DNA of 64,000 nucleotides. Origin: Collinsella sp. GTDB taxonomy: Bacteria > Actinomycetota > Coriobacteriia > Coriobacteriales > Coriobacteriaceae. The notes below the pieces were generated by a model, which saw only the letters and a program-made list of their open reading frames with translations, searched no databases and was not told the origin of the DNA. The DNA is taken from contig DXMB01000001.1 in the NCBI GenBank assembly GCA_019414425.1, positions 20,754-84,753 on the forward strand, in the 5' to 3' direction. This document shows, piece by piece, positions 10,661 through 20,697 of the stretch. Made by a program: the position numbers and the translations under genes. The number at the start of each line of letters is the position of its first letter. Within the stretch, counting starts at the first letter, position 1.

Positions 10661-10969
10661 ATGGCACTCCCTCAGCTTACCGATGAGCAGCGCAAGCAGG
10701 CTCTTGAGAAGGCTGCTGCCGCACGTCACGCCCGCGCTGAGCTTCGCGAGCAGATCAAGAAGGGCGAGAAGTCCCTCGAGTCTGTGCTCAACTCCGATGA
10801 CCCCATCGCTTCCCGCATGAAGGTTTCCACCCTCATCGAGTCTCTCCCTGGTTATGGCAAGGCCAAGGCCGCCAAGATCATGGAGGAGCTCGGTATCTCC
10901 GCTACCCGTCGCGTCCAGGGCCTCGGCGTCCGTCAGCGCGAGCAGCTCCTCGAGCAGCTGACCAAATAA
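10661..10969 (+). CDS. mihF: actinobacterial integration host factor mIHF
   Basis: MALPQLTDEQRKQALEKAAAARHARAELREQIKKGE...LPGYGKAKAAKIMEELGI. RBS GGAGG at 10651. The mihF-gmk-rpoZ order is typical of Actinobacteria. Confidence 0.85.
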   Translation: MALPQLTDEQRKQALEKAAAARHARAELREQIKKGEKSLESVLNSDDPIASRMKVSTLIESLPGYGKAKAAKIMEELGISATRRVQGLGVRQREQLLEQLTK

Positions 10970-11539
10970 GTGAGCGCTCAGGATTCCAAGCTCTTTGTGA
11001 TTTCTGGACCGTCAGGCGCAGGCAAGGGTACGCTCGTCACTCGTGTGCGCGAGCGCCGCTCGAACCTGGGCCTGACGGTTTCGGCTACCACGCGAGCACC
11101 ACGCAAAGGTGAGGTCGATGGCGTCAACTACTTTTTTCTGACGCGCGAGGAGTTCGACCGCCGCGTGGCAAACGGTGAGTTTGTTGAGTGGGCCGAGGTC
11201 CACGGTAACTGCTACGGCACGTTGGTGAGCGAGGTCACATCCAAGCTCGCCTCTGGCGCATCTCTGATTTTGGAGATCGATGTCCAGGGCGCCCTGCAGG
11301 TGAAGGAGCGCTTCCCCGAGGCCGTGCTGATCTTTATCAAGCCGCCTTCGCTTGAGGTACTCCGCGAGCGTCTAGTCGGTCGCGGTACCGAGACGCCCGA
11401 GACGATTGAGCTGCGTATGGCAAACGCCGCCGATGAGCTTGCCCTTGCCGACCGCTACGACGACGTCGTGGTTAATGACGATCTCGACCGCGCGACCGAT
11501 GAGCTCGTTCGCGTTCTCGATATGCATGAAAGGATCTGA
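10970..11539 (+). CDS. gmk: guanylate kinase
   Basis: P-loop ISGPSGAGKGTL plus TTRAPRKGEVDGVNYFF. Confidence 0.9.
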   Translation: MSAQDSKLFVISGPSGAGKGTLVTRVRERRSNLGLTVSATTRAPRKGEVDGVNYFFLTREEFDRRVANGEFVEWAEVHGNCYGTLVSEVTSKLASGASLILEIDVQGALQVKERFPEAVLIFIKPPSLEVLRERLVGRGTETPETIELRMANAADELALADRYDDVVVNDDLDRATDELVRVLDMHERI

Positions 11540-11544
11540 GGTCC

Positions 11545-11826
11545 GTGTCCGTTGTAAAGCCTTGCATTGACGATCTTCTGGAGAAGACCGATCACAACCG
11601 CTTCCTGCTCGCTTCACTTGCCTCCAAGCGCGCCTGCGACATCAATAGCATGCTGCGTGGCCAGCACAACCGCGTGCTTGCCGTCCAGGATGTCGATGAC
11701 ATCACCATCGGACTTTCCGGTGCCGATACCATCTCGATGGCTATGGACGAGATTGTCGACGGCGACATCTCCTACGATGAGGCCCGTTACGAGAAGGCGC
11801 TCGGCCACAAGGTTGCTGAAGCCTAA
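11545..11826 (+). CDS. rpoZ: DNA-directed RNA polymerase subunit omega
   Basis: IDDLLEKTDHNRFLLASLASKRACDI, small ORF directly after gmk. Confidence 0.85.
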   Translation: MSVVKPCIDDLLEKTDHNRFLLASLASKRACDINSMLRGQHNRVLAVQDVDDITIGLSGADTISMAMDEIVDGDISYDEARYEKALGHKVAEA

Positions 11827-13071
11827 ATGGCGGCTCGCGTCTGCCTGGTCCACTATCACGAGGTTGGACTGAAGGGCAAGAACCGCGCACATTTTGAGCA
11901 TATCCTCATGGATAACATCAAGGCGGCCTTGGCCGCCTTTTCCGTGAATGCCGTGTCTCGAATTTCCGGTTATATCCTCGTGACCTTTAACGAGCATCAG
12001 GCCGATGAGGCGGCGCGTGTCATCCGCACCGTTCCCGGCGTTGCTCGTGTGTCTTTGGCGTATCACACCAATCGCGACCCGCAGGAGTACTGCGCCGCCG
12101 CCGTGAAGGCGCTGCGCGAGTTTGGTTCCTTCGATTCGTTTAAGGTGCACGCCAAGCGCTCCAATACCGACTATGAGCTCACCTCGATCGATATCAATCG
12201 ACAGGTTGGCGAGGTGCTGTGTGAGGCGTTTCCTGATAAAAAGGTCCAGATGCACGATCCTGACGCTATGGTGCACGTATTGGTGGTCCAGGGTAGCGTC
12301 TACGTGTATGCGCGCTCCGAGCGCGGCGTGGGCGGTCTGCCGGTGGGTTCTGCCGGCAAGGTCGTGACGCTGTTGTCGTCGGGTATCGATTCTCCGGTGG
12401 CGACCTGGATGCTCGCGCGTCGCGGCGCGGTGTGCGTGCCGGTACATTTCTCCGGTCGTCCGCAGACGCCCGATACGAGCGAGTATTTGGTGCAGGACAT
12501 CATCCGTGCGCTTGAGCCGGGTGTCCAAATCGGCCGCCTGTACGTGGTGCCGTTTGGCGACTGTCAGCGTGAGATTTCGGTCACCTGTCCCAGCAATCTG
12601 CGCGTGATCATGTATCGCCGCATTATGTATTCGGTTGCCGAGCGCATTGCGCACATCGAGGGCGCCAAGGCCATCGTTACGGGCGAATCGCTTGGGCAGG
12701 TTGCCTCCCAAACGCTTGAAAACATCATGGCCGTCAACGAGGCCGTGAAGATTCCCGTGTTCCGTCCTCTCATCGGTTCGGACAAGCAGGAGATCATCGC
12801 GCGCGCCGAGGAGATCGGTACGTTCGATATCTCGACTGAGGCCGCTCCCGACTGCTGCACGCTATTTATGCCGCGCCGTCCCGAGACGCATGCCAAACTC
12901 GATGCCGTGCATGAGGCCTGGGAGCTGTTCGATCATGAGGAGATGATCGAGCGCCTGCTCAAGCAGACCGAGTACATCGACTTCGAGAGCAACACGTATA
13001 AGGCCCCTAAGACCTTAAAACGCAAACATTCGGAGCTTGCTCCGCGTGAGATTTACCAAGATCACGAGTAA
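11827..13071 (+). CDS. thiI: tRNA 4-thiouridine synthase ThiI (THUMP + PP-loop ATPase)
   Basis: HYHEVGLKGKNR (THUMP-type N-terminus) and PP-loop LLSSGIDSPVATW. The ATG abuts the rpoZ stop. Confidence 0.85.
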   Translation: MAARVCLVHYHEVGLKGKNRAHFEHILMDNIKAALAAFSVNAVSRISGYILVTFNEHQADEAARVIRTVPGVARVSLAYHTNRDPQEYCAAAVKALREFGSFDSFKVHAKRSNTDYELTSIDINRQVGEVLCEAFPDKKVQMHDPDAMVHVLVVQGSVYVYARSERGVGGLPVGSAGKVVTLLSSGIDSPVATWMLARRGAVCVPVHFSGRPQTPDTSEYLVQDIIRALEPGVQIGRLYVVPFGDCQREISVTCPSNLRVIMYRRIMYSVAERIAHIEGAKAIVTGESLGQVASQTLENIMAVNEAVKIPVFRPLIGSDKQEIIARAEEIGTFDISTEAAPDCCTLFMPRRPETHAKLDAVHEAWELFDHEEMIERLLKQTEYIDFESNTYKAPKTLKRKHSELAPREIYQDHE

Positions 13072-13081
13072 ATTTGTGCAT

Positions 13082-13115
13082 AGACCGACGATGCTTCTGC
13101 ATCGCCGGTCTTTTG
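13082..13115 (+). terminator. rho-independent terminator after thiI
   Basis: AGACCGACGATGC / GCATCGCCGGTCT forms a 13-bp stem (1 mismatch) followed by TTTT. Confidence 0.75.
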
Positions 13116-13284
13116 CTATCTGGGCATTTTGCGGCTAAGTGTTCATTTGGTGACGTGTGCCTGAATAAATGGACAGATTTGTGCAAGGTTTTGGTCGGTT
13201 TTTGGTTTGACCGCTAAAACCGGTTTTGGAGCGTGGCTGTTGCGGAGCTCCTTTCCTGACACGATGGTGTTGGGAGGTTTTGCT

Positions 13285-13998
13285 ATGGCGCAGCGCGAAC
13301 AACACGAACGGGTCAAACGGATGGACCGCTTGGCGGACAAGCTGTTCGGTCATAAGGCAGTGGTGATGGCGATACTGGTCGTCATTGCGATGGCGAGTGG
13401 ACTGGCAATGGCGAACTTTGGCGGCGGTGCCGGCGGTGTGTCGTTTGAGCGCACTGATGGTTCGGGCACGTTAGTGGAGCCGGGATCCGGCGATGCTTCG
13501 AGTGGAAAGACATCTGAAGGCTCTTCGCCTAAGGCGTCTGCCGCGGCAGAGGTCTATGTCGATGTTGATGGCGCCGTGGTGTCACCCGGTGTATATCGCC
13601 TCAAAGACGGGGCGCGGGTGGCTCAGGCGATTGATGCCGCCGGCGGACTGGCGCCCGAAGCAGACGTTACGGGGCTTAATCGTGCATCCAAGGTCACTGA
13701 TGGACAAAAAATTCACGTTCCAACGGTAGGGGAGCAGCAGGCGTCCATTGCGGAAGCCGGTGTTGATGGTGGGACTTCCGCATCGTCGGGCGTTAGTGGC
13801 GCAACAGGCCTAGTAAACATCAATACGGCAAGCGCAGAAGAGCTGCAGACGCTTTCGGGCATCGGCCCCTCCATGGCCCAGTCGATTATCGATGAGCGGA
13901 CAAAGAACGGTGCTTTCGCCTCGGTTGACGATCTGATGCGTGTGTCGGGAATCGGCGAGAAGAAGCTTGCCAAAATCAAAGATTGCATCTGCGTATGA
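13285..13998 (+). CDS. comEA: competence protein ComEA (membrane anchor, SLBB, tandem helix-hairpin-helix)
   Basis: C-terminal INTASAEELQTLSGIGPSMAQSIIDER...LMRVSGIGEKKLAKI. The ATG at 13285 follows GGGAGG. Confidence 0.85.
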   Translation: MAQREQHERVKRMDRLADKLFGHKAVVMAILVVIAMASGLAMANFGGGAGGVSFERTDGSGTLVEPGSGDASSGKTSEGSSPKASAAAEVYVDVDGAVVSPGVYRLKDGARVAQAIDAAGGLAPEADVTGLNRASKVTDGQKIHVPTVGEQQASIAEAGVDGGTSASSGVSGATGLVNINTASAEELQTLSGIGPSMAQSIIDERTKNGAFASVDDLMRVSGIGEKKLAKIKDCICV

Positions 13999-16298
13999 GC
14001 GCGACCGAGCGCGAGCACGTGATGCCTCCGCGACCCCTGATTCCGTGGACGATGGCCCTGTGTGCCGGCATGTGCGTGAGCTGCGCCTTGGTGCTCAGCA
14101 TAGCCGCTGATGCGCTGCTGAGGGAGCGGGCGACGGCGGTCGGGCCGCTATGGGCCATTCCCGTTGCGGCAGCGGTTTTCGTTGTGCTGGCTCACTCTTG
14201 TGCGCGGCTTGCCCCTTTGAAGCGGTGGCTGTATGCCGCGTCCGCCGGTCTCGTGGCGGGAGCGGTCGTCTCGGCGTGGTGGGCTGTGGGTGTGCTCAGC
14301 GCCTCGAAGGCGCTCGACGGTCGAGCGGCAAGCGGCCTCGAGTTTTTCGTGCAGGGTGATCCATCCATAAACGACGACGTGTATTCCTATACCTGCGAGG
14401 CACGCGCGGACGGTAAGAACTTGGCAACGGTTCGCCTATCGTGTGATCGTGAGCTCAAGGTCGGGGCGCACGTGCGTGTTATCGGTCGCGTTTCGCGTTT
14501 TGAGAACGAGGCATATGGACGATCGCGCGTGCTCCGAGGCGAGGTGCGTAAGGTTAAAGCCGTTCGGATTGTGTCGGTCGATGAGGGTTCTCCGGGGCCG
14601 CTGCTTCGGCTGCGAAATGGGCTGCTTGCGTCCATCGCGCCTGCGACCGACCCGGCGCGTGCGCTCATAGCCGGTGTCGTCTGCGGTCGTTCGGCCGAGC
14701 TGCGCGCCCAGCCGGCGGGCGACTGGTTTTCTGTGACGGGAACGGCACATCTTATCGCCGTCTCGGGCAGCCATTTGGCTATCGTGGGGTTTGTAATCGA
14801 GGGCGTATTGCAAAAGACTCGGTGCTCACGTGGTCTTCAGCGGGCGATATTGGCGATAACGCTTGTGGGCTACGCTGCATTTACGGGCGCGTCTCCCTCG
14901 GCCGCGCGCGCGTGCTGCATGGTGTTCGTGACGCTTGTCGTAAACGACGCGGGGCGTCGTCGGCACGGCCTTTCGGCACTCTTCGTAACCATGTCCATCT
15001 TTGTGCTACTGCGGCCGACGGTGCTGTTCGAGATGGGCTTTCAGCTATCATGTGCCAGCGTCTTAGCCATTCTGTGCTTTTGCCCCTATGCGACCTATGC
15101 TTTGGGTGAGCTGGGTGTGCCATCGGGCGTTACCAGCGTGTTTTCCGTCACGCTGTGCTCGCAACTGGCGACACTTCCCATTACCATTCCTGCCTTCGGT
15201 ACATTCTCGCTCATTGCTCCGTTGTCAAATGCGGTCATCGGTCCGGTGGTGAGCGTTCTGCTCGCTGTGTCGATCGTGCTGGTTCCCTTTTCGCTCGTGG
15301 GACCGTTGCGGACTTGGGCGCTCGTTGTGCCCATGATTGCCGCCCGTTGCGCGCTGTTCTTCGAGCAGCTGTTTGCCGCCGTGCCGGGTGCATACGTGAG
15401 CGTGCCGCCCGATAGCATGTGGATTTACCTAGTGCCGTGTTTTCTGGCGGTTCTGCTGGTCTGGTGGCCGCGTCCCCGTGCACGTCCTATGGCGGTGGGG
15501 CTTGCATACCTGATGCTCTTGGCTGCGATTCCGTACGTCTATTGGGATCGATTCGCTCCGCCTTCGGTGACGGTGCTCGATGTGGGCCAGGCCGATGCGA
15601 TTCTTATCCGCCAAGGCGGCGCAGTAGCTCTCGTCGACTGCGGGCTCGACGAGCGTGTGGTTGCGGCGTTGGTTCGCAATAACGTGCACCATATCGATGC
15701 CGTTTTTGTGACGCATTGGGATGAGGACCACTGGGGTGGTTTGCCTGCCGTGCTCGAACAGTTTTCGGTCGGAACGATTGCCGTGGCGGCGGATGCGCTG
15801 GAGGATGCTCCTGCCGAGGTATTGAACCGACCTGGCGTGGAGTATCGGCAGGTGCGCCGTGGGGATACGGTCGACATCGGCTCATTTTGCGCTCGCGTGA
15901 TGTGGCCATTCGAGTTCGTGGATGGCGAGGGAAATGAGGACTCGCTTGTCCTGTTGCTCTCTTATGTTCAGGAAGGCAAGGGCCTGCGAATACTTCTCAC
16001 CGGTGATGCCGAGCTCGACCAAGAGCGGGAATTCGTGCAGGAGGTGGGGGATATCGATGTCCTTAAACTTGGACATCACGGCTCCAAGGTTTCAGTCGAT
16101 GGCGAGTTGCTGGACGTCCTGAAGCCCGAGCTTTCCCTCGCAAGCGCCGGTGAGGGAAATCGATACGGCCATCCGTCCGATGCCTGCATCGATGCCGTTA
16201 AGGAAGCGGGTGGTGTGTTCGCGTGTACCATCGAACATGGAGACATTACCGTCTCGCCGACCGCAACCGGTTTTGCCATGCGATGCCAGCGACCGTGA
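13995..16298 (+). CDS. comEC: DNA internalization competence protein ComEC/Rec2 with C-terminal metallo-beta-lactamase domain
   Basis: Polytopic membrane region plus ...VLDVGQADAILIR...VTHWDEDHWGG...LGHHGS. ATGA start/stop overlap with comEA. Confidence 0.85.
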   Translation: MSATEREHVMPPRPLIPWTMALCAGMCVSCALVLSIAADALLRERATAVGPLWAIPVAAAVFVVLAHSCARLAPLKRWLYAASAGLVAGAVVSAWWAVGVLSASKALDGRAASGLEFFVQGDPSINDDVYSYTCEARADGKNLATVRLSCDRELKVGAHVRVIGRVSRFENEAYGRSRVLRGEVRKVKAVRIVSVDEGSPGPLLRLRNGLLASIAPATDPARALIAGVVCGRSAELRAQPAGDWFSVTGTAHLIAVSGSHLAIVGFVIEGVLQKTRCSRGLQRAILAITLVGYAAFTGASPSAARACCMVFVTLVVNDAGRRRHGLSALFVTMSIFVLLRPTVLFEMGFQLSCASVLAILCFCPYATYALGELGVPSGVTSVFSVTLCSQLATLPITIPAFGTFSLIAPLSNAVIGPVVSVLLAVSIVLVPFSLVGPLRTWALVVPMIAARCALFFEQLFAAVPGAYVSVPPDSMWIYLVPCFLAVLLVWWPRPRARPMAVGLAYLMLLAAIPYVYWDRFAPPSVTVLDVGQADAILIRQGGAVALVDCGLDERVVAALVRNNVHHIDAVFVTHWDEDHWGGLPAVLEQFSVGTIAVAADALEDAPAEVLNRPGVEYRQVRRGDTVDIGSFCARVMWPFEFVDGEGNEDSLVLLLSYVQEGKGLRILLTGDAELDQEREFVQEVGDIDVLKLGHHGSKVSVDGELLDVLKPELSLASAGEGNRYGHPSDACIDAVKEAGGVFACTIEHGDITVSPTATGFAMRCQRP

Positions 16299-16376
16299 TG
16301 ACATCGTTGGCGCGCGGTGTGCCCCTGGGCTAAAATGGCACGGTACGAATTCGAGTGTGTGCGAGAGGGGAGCGCA

Positions 16377-17339
16377 ATGTCCGAAACCGGTCTGCTGCCG
16401 GCATATCTGATCGTCGGTACCGATGGAGTCAAGCGCGACCACGCTGTCTCGCGTATGAAAGCTCGCTTGGAAAAGTCGGGTATGGTTGAGTTCAACCTCG
16501 ATGAACGCGACATGACGAAAGATCCCGATATCGAGTCGATCATCGGCTCGCTCAATACCTTTCCCATGGGTAGCGAGTTTCGCCTGGTGATCCTCGACGG
16601 CTGCTCCAAGCTTGCCAAGGCGGTTTCGGAGCCGCTCGTCGAGTATCTGGCGAGTCCCAGCCCCACAACGGTCTGCCTCATCATCGCCGACTCGCTTGCC
16701 AAGAACACGCGCCTGTATAAGGCGATCGCCAAGATCGACAAGAAGGCCGTGATCGATTGCTCCGGCACCAAGCGCTGGGAGCTACCGCGCCGTGTGCAGC
16801 AGATGGCGACGCAGCACGGCAAGTCGATCTCGACGGCGGCCGCCGAAGAGCTCGTCTCGCGTTCGGGTGAAAACACTCGCATGCTCGATAACGACTTGGC
16901 TAAGCTTGCCCAGATGGTCGAGGCGCCCCAGATTGAGCTTGCCGACGTTGAGCGCTGGATTGTACGTACGGCCGAGGTTCAACCCTGGGACTTTCTCAAT
17001 GCGGTCTCGGCCCGTGACATGCGACGCTCGCTCGAGCTCTTCAATCTACTGCCCGCCAAGAGCTACGTGTGGACTTACACATTGCTGTGCGGCCGCATCC
17101 GCGAGCTTATCGTTGCCAAGGCGCTCGATGCGCGCGGACAGGGTCGTGAGCTGGCCGCAACACTTAAGCTCCAGTCCTGGCAGGTCAAGAATCACCTGAC
17201 CTGGGCACGTCGCTTTTCGATGGCAGAGCTCGTTGCCGCGCTCGAGGGCGCCGTCGATGTGGAGCTCGCGCTCAAGGGTTCGGCCGATTCGGAGACTGCG
17301 CTTTTGCTCTGGATTACGAACATCTTGAGAAAATCGTGA
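16377..17339 (+). CDS. holA: DNA polymerase III delta subunit
   Basis: About 320 aa, LPAYLIVGTD... comEC-holA-rpsT(-lepA) is a conserved Gram-positive gene order. Confidence 0.75.
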   Translation: MSETGLLPAYLIVGTDGVKRDHAVSRMKARLEKSGMVEFNLDERDMTKDPDIESIIGSLNTFPMGSEFRLVILDGCSKLAKAVSEPLVEYLASPSPTTVCLIIADSLAKNTRLYKAIAKIDKKAVIDCSGTKRWELPRRVQQMATQHGKSISTAAAEELVSRSGENTRMLDNDLAKLAQMVEAPQIELADVERWIVRTAEVQPWDFLNAVSARDMRRSLELFNLLPAKSYVWTYTLLCGRIRELIVAKALDARGQGRELAATLKLQSWQVKNHLTWARRFSMAELVAALEGAVDVELALKGSADSETALLLWITNILRKS

Positions 17340-17407
17340 TGATACCTGCCTATTTGACAAATTCGTTCTATCCCTTTGAGGGGGAGCGTGCTATAGTAGG
17401 CGCTTGC

Positions 17408-17446
17408 ATGACCTCACCGTGTCTCAGAGGTGTCATACATTTTTTG
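17408..17446 (+). terminator. hairpin plus T5 tract between holA and rpsT (holA terminator or rpsT leader structure)
   Basis: ATGACCTC (17408-17415) pairs with GAGGTGTCAT (17427-17436), followed by ACATTTTTTG. Confidence 0.35.
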
Positions 17447-17472
17447 CAAGGAACTCGAAAGGAACTCCAGAA

Positions 17473-17739
17473 GTGGCAAACATCAAGTCTCAGAAGAAGC
17501 GTATCCGCACCAATGAGGCAGCTCGCATGCGTAACAAGGCTGTCAAGTCCGAGCTCAAGACGCTGACCAAGCACGTCCAGTCCGCCGTCGCCGAGGGCGA
17601 CGCCGAGAAGGCCCAGGCTGCCCTCAAGACCGTCACCAAGCGTCTCGACATGGCTGCCGCTAAGCATGTCATCCACAAGAACCAGGCTTCCAACCGCAAG
17701 TCCGGTCTTGCCAAGCTCGTGAACAGCATCAACGCCTAA
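17473..17739 (+). CDS. rpsT: 30S ribosomal protein S20
   Basis: (V)[29 protein letters not shown]... with a GTG start after GAAAGGAA. Confidence 0.9.
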   Translation: MANIKSQKKRIRTNEAARMRNKAVKSELKTLTKHVQSAVAEGDAEKAQAALKTVTKRLDMAAAKHVIHKNQASNRKSGLAKLVNSINA

Positions 17740-17773
17740 GTTGTAAATTTCTCACCACACAGATTACGCGCAT

Positions 17774-17811
17774 AAATGGAGCCTGTTTTATGGAACAGGC
17801 TCCATTTTTTG
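17774..17811 (+). terminator. rho-independent terminator of rpsT
   Basis: AAATGGAGCCTGTT / AACAGGCTCCATTT forms a perfect 14-bp stem followed by T6. Confidence 0.9.
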
Positions 17812-17835
17812 TACCGCTCGGGTAAGATAGTCCGC

Positions 17836-19647
17836 ATGAATACTTCAATTGACATTTCCCACATCCGCAACTTCTCGATCGTTGCGCATATCGACCATGG
17901 CAAGTCCACGATCAGCGACCGCATCCTCGAGCTCACCCATACCGTCGATGAGCGCGACATGGAGTCGCAGCTACTTGACACAATGGATATCGAGCGCGAG
18001 CGCGGCATCACGATCAAGTCCAATGCCGTCCGCGTGTCCTATGACGCCGACGACGGCGAGACGTATCAGTTCAACCTGATCGATACGCCGGGCCACGTGG
18101 ACTTCACCTACGAGGTCTCGCGTTCGCTGGCAGCTTGCGAGGGCGCGGTGCTCGTCGTGGACGCCACTCAGGGCGTCGAGGCGCAGACCGTTTCCAATGC
18201 GACGCTCGCCATGAACGCCAACTTAGACATTGTTCCGGCCATCAACAAGATCGACCTTCCTTCGGCGCATCCCGACGAGGTTAAGACCGAGATCGAAGAC
18301 GATCTGGCCATTCCCGCCGACGATGCCGTGTGCGTGTCGGGCAAGACCGGCGAGGGCATCCACGATCTGCTGGAGTCCATCGTCTTTTTGATCTCGCCTC
18401 CCAAGGGCGATGCAAATGCCCCTCTCAAGGCACTTATTCTGGATTCGTACTTCGACGAGTACCGCGGCGTCGTCGCCACGGTGCGCGTCTTTGATGGTTC
18501 CATCAAAAAGGGCGATACCCTGCGCATGATGCAGGCCAAGGGCGACTTCTTGGTCGACGGCGTGGGCGTCAAGCGTCCTGCCGAGACGCCGGTCGATGCT
18601 CTGACCGTCGGCGAGGTTGGCTATGTGGTCACGGGTCTGAAGGACCCCGAGGCTGTGCGCGTGGGCGATACCCTTACCTGGGCTTCGAACCCCTGCCCCG
18701 AGCCGCTGCCGGGCTACCGCGAGGCTAAGCCCATGGTCTACACGGGCCTGTTTCCCATCGACAACAAGGACTACGAGAACCTGCGCGACGCGCTCGATAA
18801 GCTGCACGTCAACGATCCGTCGTTGGTGTGGGAGCCCGAGACGTCAGTGGCGCTGGGCTTTGGCTTCCGCGTGGGCTTCCTGGGCCTGCTGCACATGGAG
18901 GTCGTCAAGGAGCGCCTGGAGCGCGAGTTCAATCTGGACCTGATCGCCACGAGCCCCTCGGTCGACTACCACGTGTACAAGACTGACGGCGAGATGATCG
19001 ATGTCCGCAGCCCGCAGGACCTGCCCGAGGCCACGCGCATCGAGCGTATCGAAGAGCCCTACCTCAAGGCAAAGATCATCTGCCCGCCCGAGTATACGGG
19101 TGCTGTCATGCAGCTCGCCATTGAGCACCGTGGCGTCACGACCGATATGATCCACCTGACGAGCAAATCGGTCGAGATGCGCTTTGATATGCCGCTCGCC
19201 GAGCTTATCTTGGACTTCTTCGATCAGCTCAAGAGCCGCACCAAGGGCTATGCCTCGCTCGACTATGAGTTCAACGAGTATCGTCCCTCCGAGCTCGTCA
19301 AGCTCGATATCCTGCTTTCGGGCGACGAGGTGGACGCGCTGTCGTTTATCGTGCACAAGGACAAGGCCTATGGCCTGGCCCGCGGCCTGTGCGACAAGCT
19401 CAAGGAGATCATCCCGCGTCAGCTGTTCGAGGTGCCCATCCAGGGTGCTATCGGCAACAAGATCATTGCTCGCTCCACCGTCAAGGCGCGTCGCAAGGAC
19501 GTGCTTGCCAAGTGCTACGGCGGCGATATTTCGCGTAAGCGCAAACTGCTCGAGAAGCAGAAAGAGGGCAAGAAGCGCATGAAGGCCATCGGCTCGGTCG
19601 AGGTTCCTCAGGAGGCGTTTATGGCGATCCTCAAGGTGGACGAGTAG
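17836..19647 (+). CDS. lepA: translation elongation factor 4 (LepA)
   Basis: [20 protein letters not shown]...[11 protein letters not shown]. The ORF-track start at 17776 lies inside the rpsT terminator, so ATG 17836 is preferred. Confidence 0.95.
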   Translation: MNTSIDISHIRNFSIVAHIDHGKSTISDRILELTHTVDERDMESQLLDTMDIERERGITIKSNAVRVSYDADDGETYQFNLIDTPGHVDFTYEVSRSLAACEGAVLVVDATQGVEAQTVSNATLAMNANLDIVPAINKIDLPSAHPDEVKTEIEDDLAIPADDAVCVSGKTGEGIHDLLESIVFLISPPKGDANAPLKALILDSYFDEYRGVVATVRVFDGSIKKGDTLRMMQAKGDFLVDGVGVKRPAETPVDALTVGEVGYVVTGLKDPEAVRVGDTLTWASNPCPEPLPGYREAKPMVYTGLFPIDNKDYENLRDALDKLHVNDPSLVWEPETSVALGFGFRVGFLGLLHMEVVKERLEREFNLDLIATSPSVDYHVYKTDGEMIDVRSPQDLPEATRIERIEEPYLKAKIICPPEYTGAVMQLAIEHRGVTTDMIHLTSKSVEMRFDMPLAELILDFFDQLKSRTKGYASLDYEFNEYRPSELVKLDILLSGDEVDALSFIVHKDKAYGLARGLCDKLKEIIPRQLFEVPIQGAIGNKIIARSTVKARRKDVLAKCYGGDISRKRKLLEKQKEGKKRMKAIGSVEVPQEAFMAILKVDE

Positions 19648-19651
19648 GTCT

Positions 19652-20695
19652 ATGGCGCTTTCCGAAAATAGTCAGCGGTTGCTGGGCGCCTATGCCGAGC
19701 AGCCGTTCCTTATGGCTCCCATGGCGGGCGTAACCGACCCCGCCTATCGCATCATGTGTCGCCGCCGCGGTGCCAACCTTGCCTATAGCGAGATGGTGAG
19801 CGTTGCAGGCCTTGCCTATGCCAGCAACAAGACGTGGCGCCTGGTGCTGCCGGCCGACGAGGAGCAGCAGATTTGCGTGCAGCTCTTTGGCTCCAAGCCC
19901 GAGCAGTTTGCGAGTGCCGTCGCTGCCGTCGAGGAACGCGTGGGCGATCGCCTGTCATTGATTGATATCAACATGGCCTGTCCGGCTCGCAAGGTCGTTA
20001 CCAAGGGCGAGGGCTCGGCGCTTATGCGCACGCCCGACCTGGCCGAAAGAATCGTTGAGGCGACGGTGGGCGCGGCGCATGTTCCCGTGACCGTGAAGAT
20101 CCGCAAGGGTTTTTATGCCGAGGATCGCAACGCCGCAACGTTTGCCCAGATGCTCGAAGGGGCTGGCGCCTCCGCAGTTGCCGTGCACGGTCGTTGTGCC
20201 ACTCAGCTCTATACGGGCCAGGCCGATTGGTCTGTCGTCGATGAGGTTGCCGACGCTGTCGAGATCCCCGTGATTGGTTCGGGCGATGTGTTTTCGGCCG
20301 AGGACGCTGCCGAGCATCTGAGCGGCTCGGGTGCCAGCGCTGTGTTTATCGCGCGCGGCATCTACGGCAATCCGTGGGTGTTCGGCGATGCCCGAGCCCT
20401 TGCGCTCGATGGCACGCCGGTTCCTTCTCGCTCCTCGGTCGAGCGCCTGGAGGCTCTGCGTGAGCACCTGACGTTGACGCACGAGCTTCTGCCGCTTATG
20501 TCGCGAGCCCGTACATATGCAAGCTGGTACTTAAAGGGCATGCCCCATGCCGCCGCCTGGCGCGCTCGGGTGGTGCGCTGCTCCACGTACGAGGAGTTTA
20601 TGGCGCTGGTCGATGATATCGAGCGCGATGTGGTGGTCTGCGAGGCCGCGCTTGCCGCCGGCGAGCCGGTGCCCGCCCATCCGCTGGAGGCTTAA
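19652..20695 (+). CDS. tRNA-dihydrouridine synthase (DusB-like)
   Basis: LMAPMAGVTDPAYRIMCRRRG...IDINMACPARKV... Confidence 0.85.
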   Translation: MALSENSQRLLGAYAEQPFLMAPMAGVTDPAYRIMCRRRGANLAYSEMVSVAGLAYASNKTWRLVLPADEEQQICVQLFGSKPEQFASAVAAVEERVGDRLSLIDINMACPARKVVTKGEGSALMRTPDLAERIVEATVGAAHVPVTVKIRKGFYAEDRNAATFAQMLEGAGASAVAVHGRCATQLYTGQADWSVVDEVADAVEIPVIGSGDVFSAEDAAEHLSGSGASAVFIARGIYGNPWVFGDARALALDGTPVPSRSSVERLEALREHLTLTHELLPLMSRARTYASWYLKGMPHAAAWRARVVRCSTYEEFMALVDDIERDVVVCEAALAAGEPVPAHPLEA

Positions 20696-20697
20696 GG

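Noticed and set aside
17776-17835. N-terminal extensions offered by the ORF track. Examples: lepA from 17776, pyrC from 6459, pyrD from 8740, rnj from 32631, rpsO from 29372, trxB from 55557, spoVS from 46826, phoH from 25500, lexA to 52224, rpmB to 4693.
   Set aside because: The extensions overlap terminators, upstream genes or regulatory boxes, and they lack an RBS. Internal starts with good Shine-Dalgarno sequences give N-termini matching the known families.
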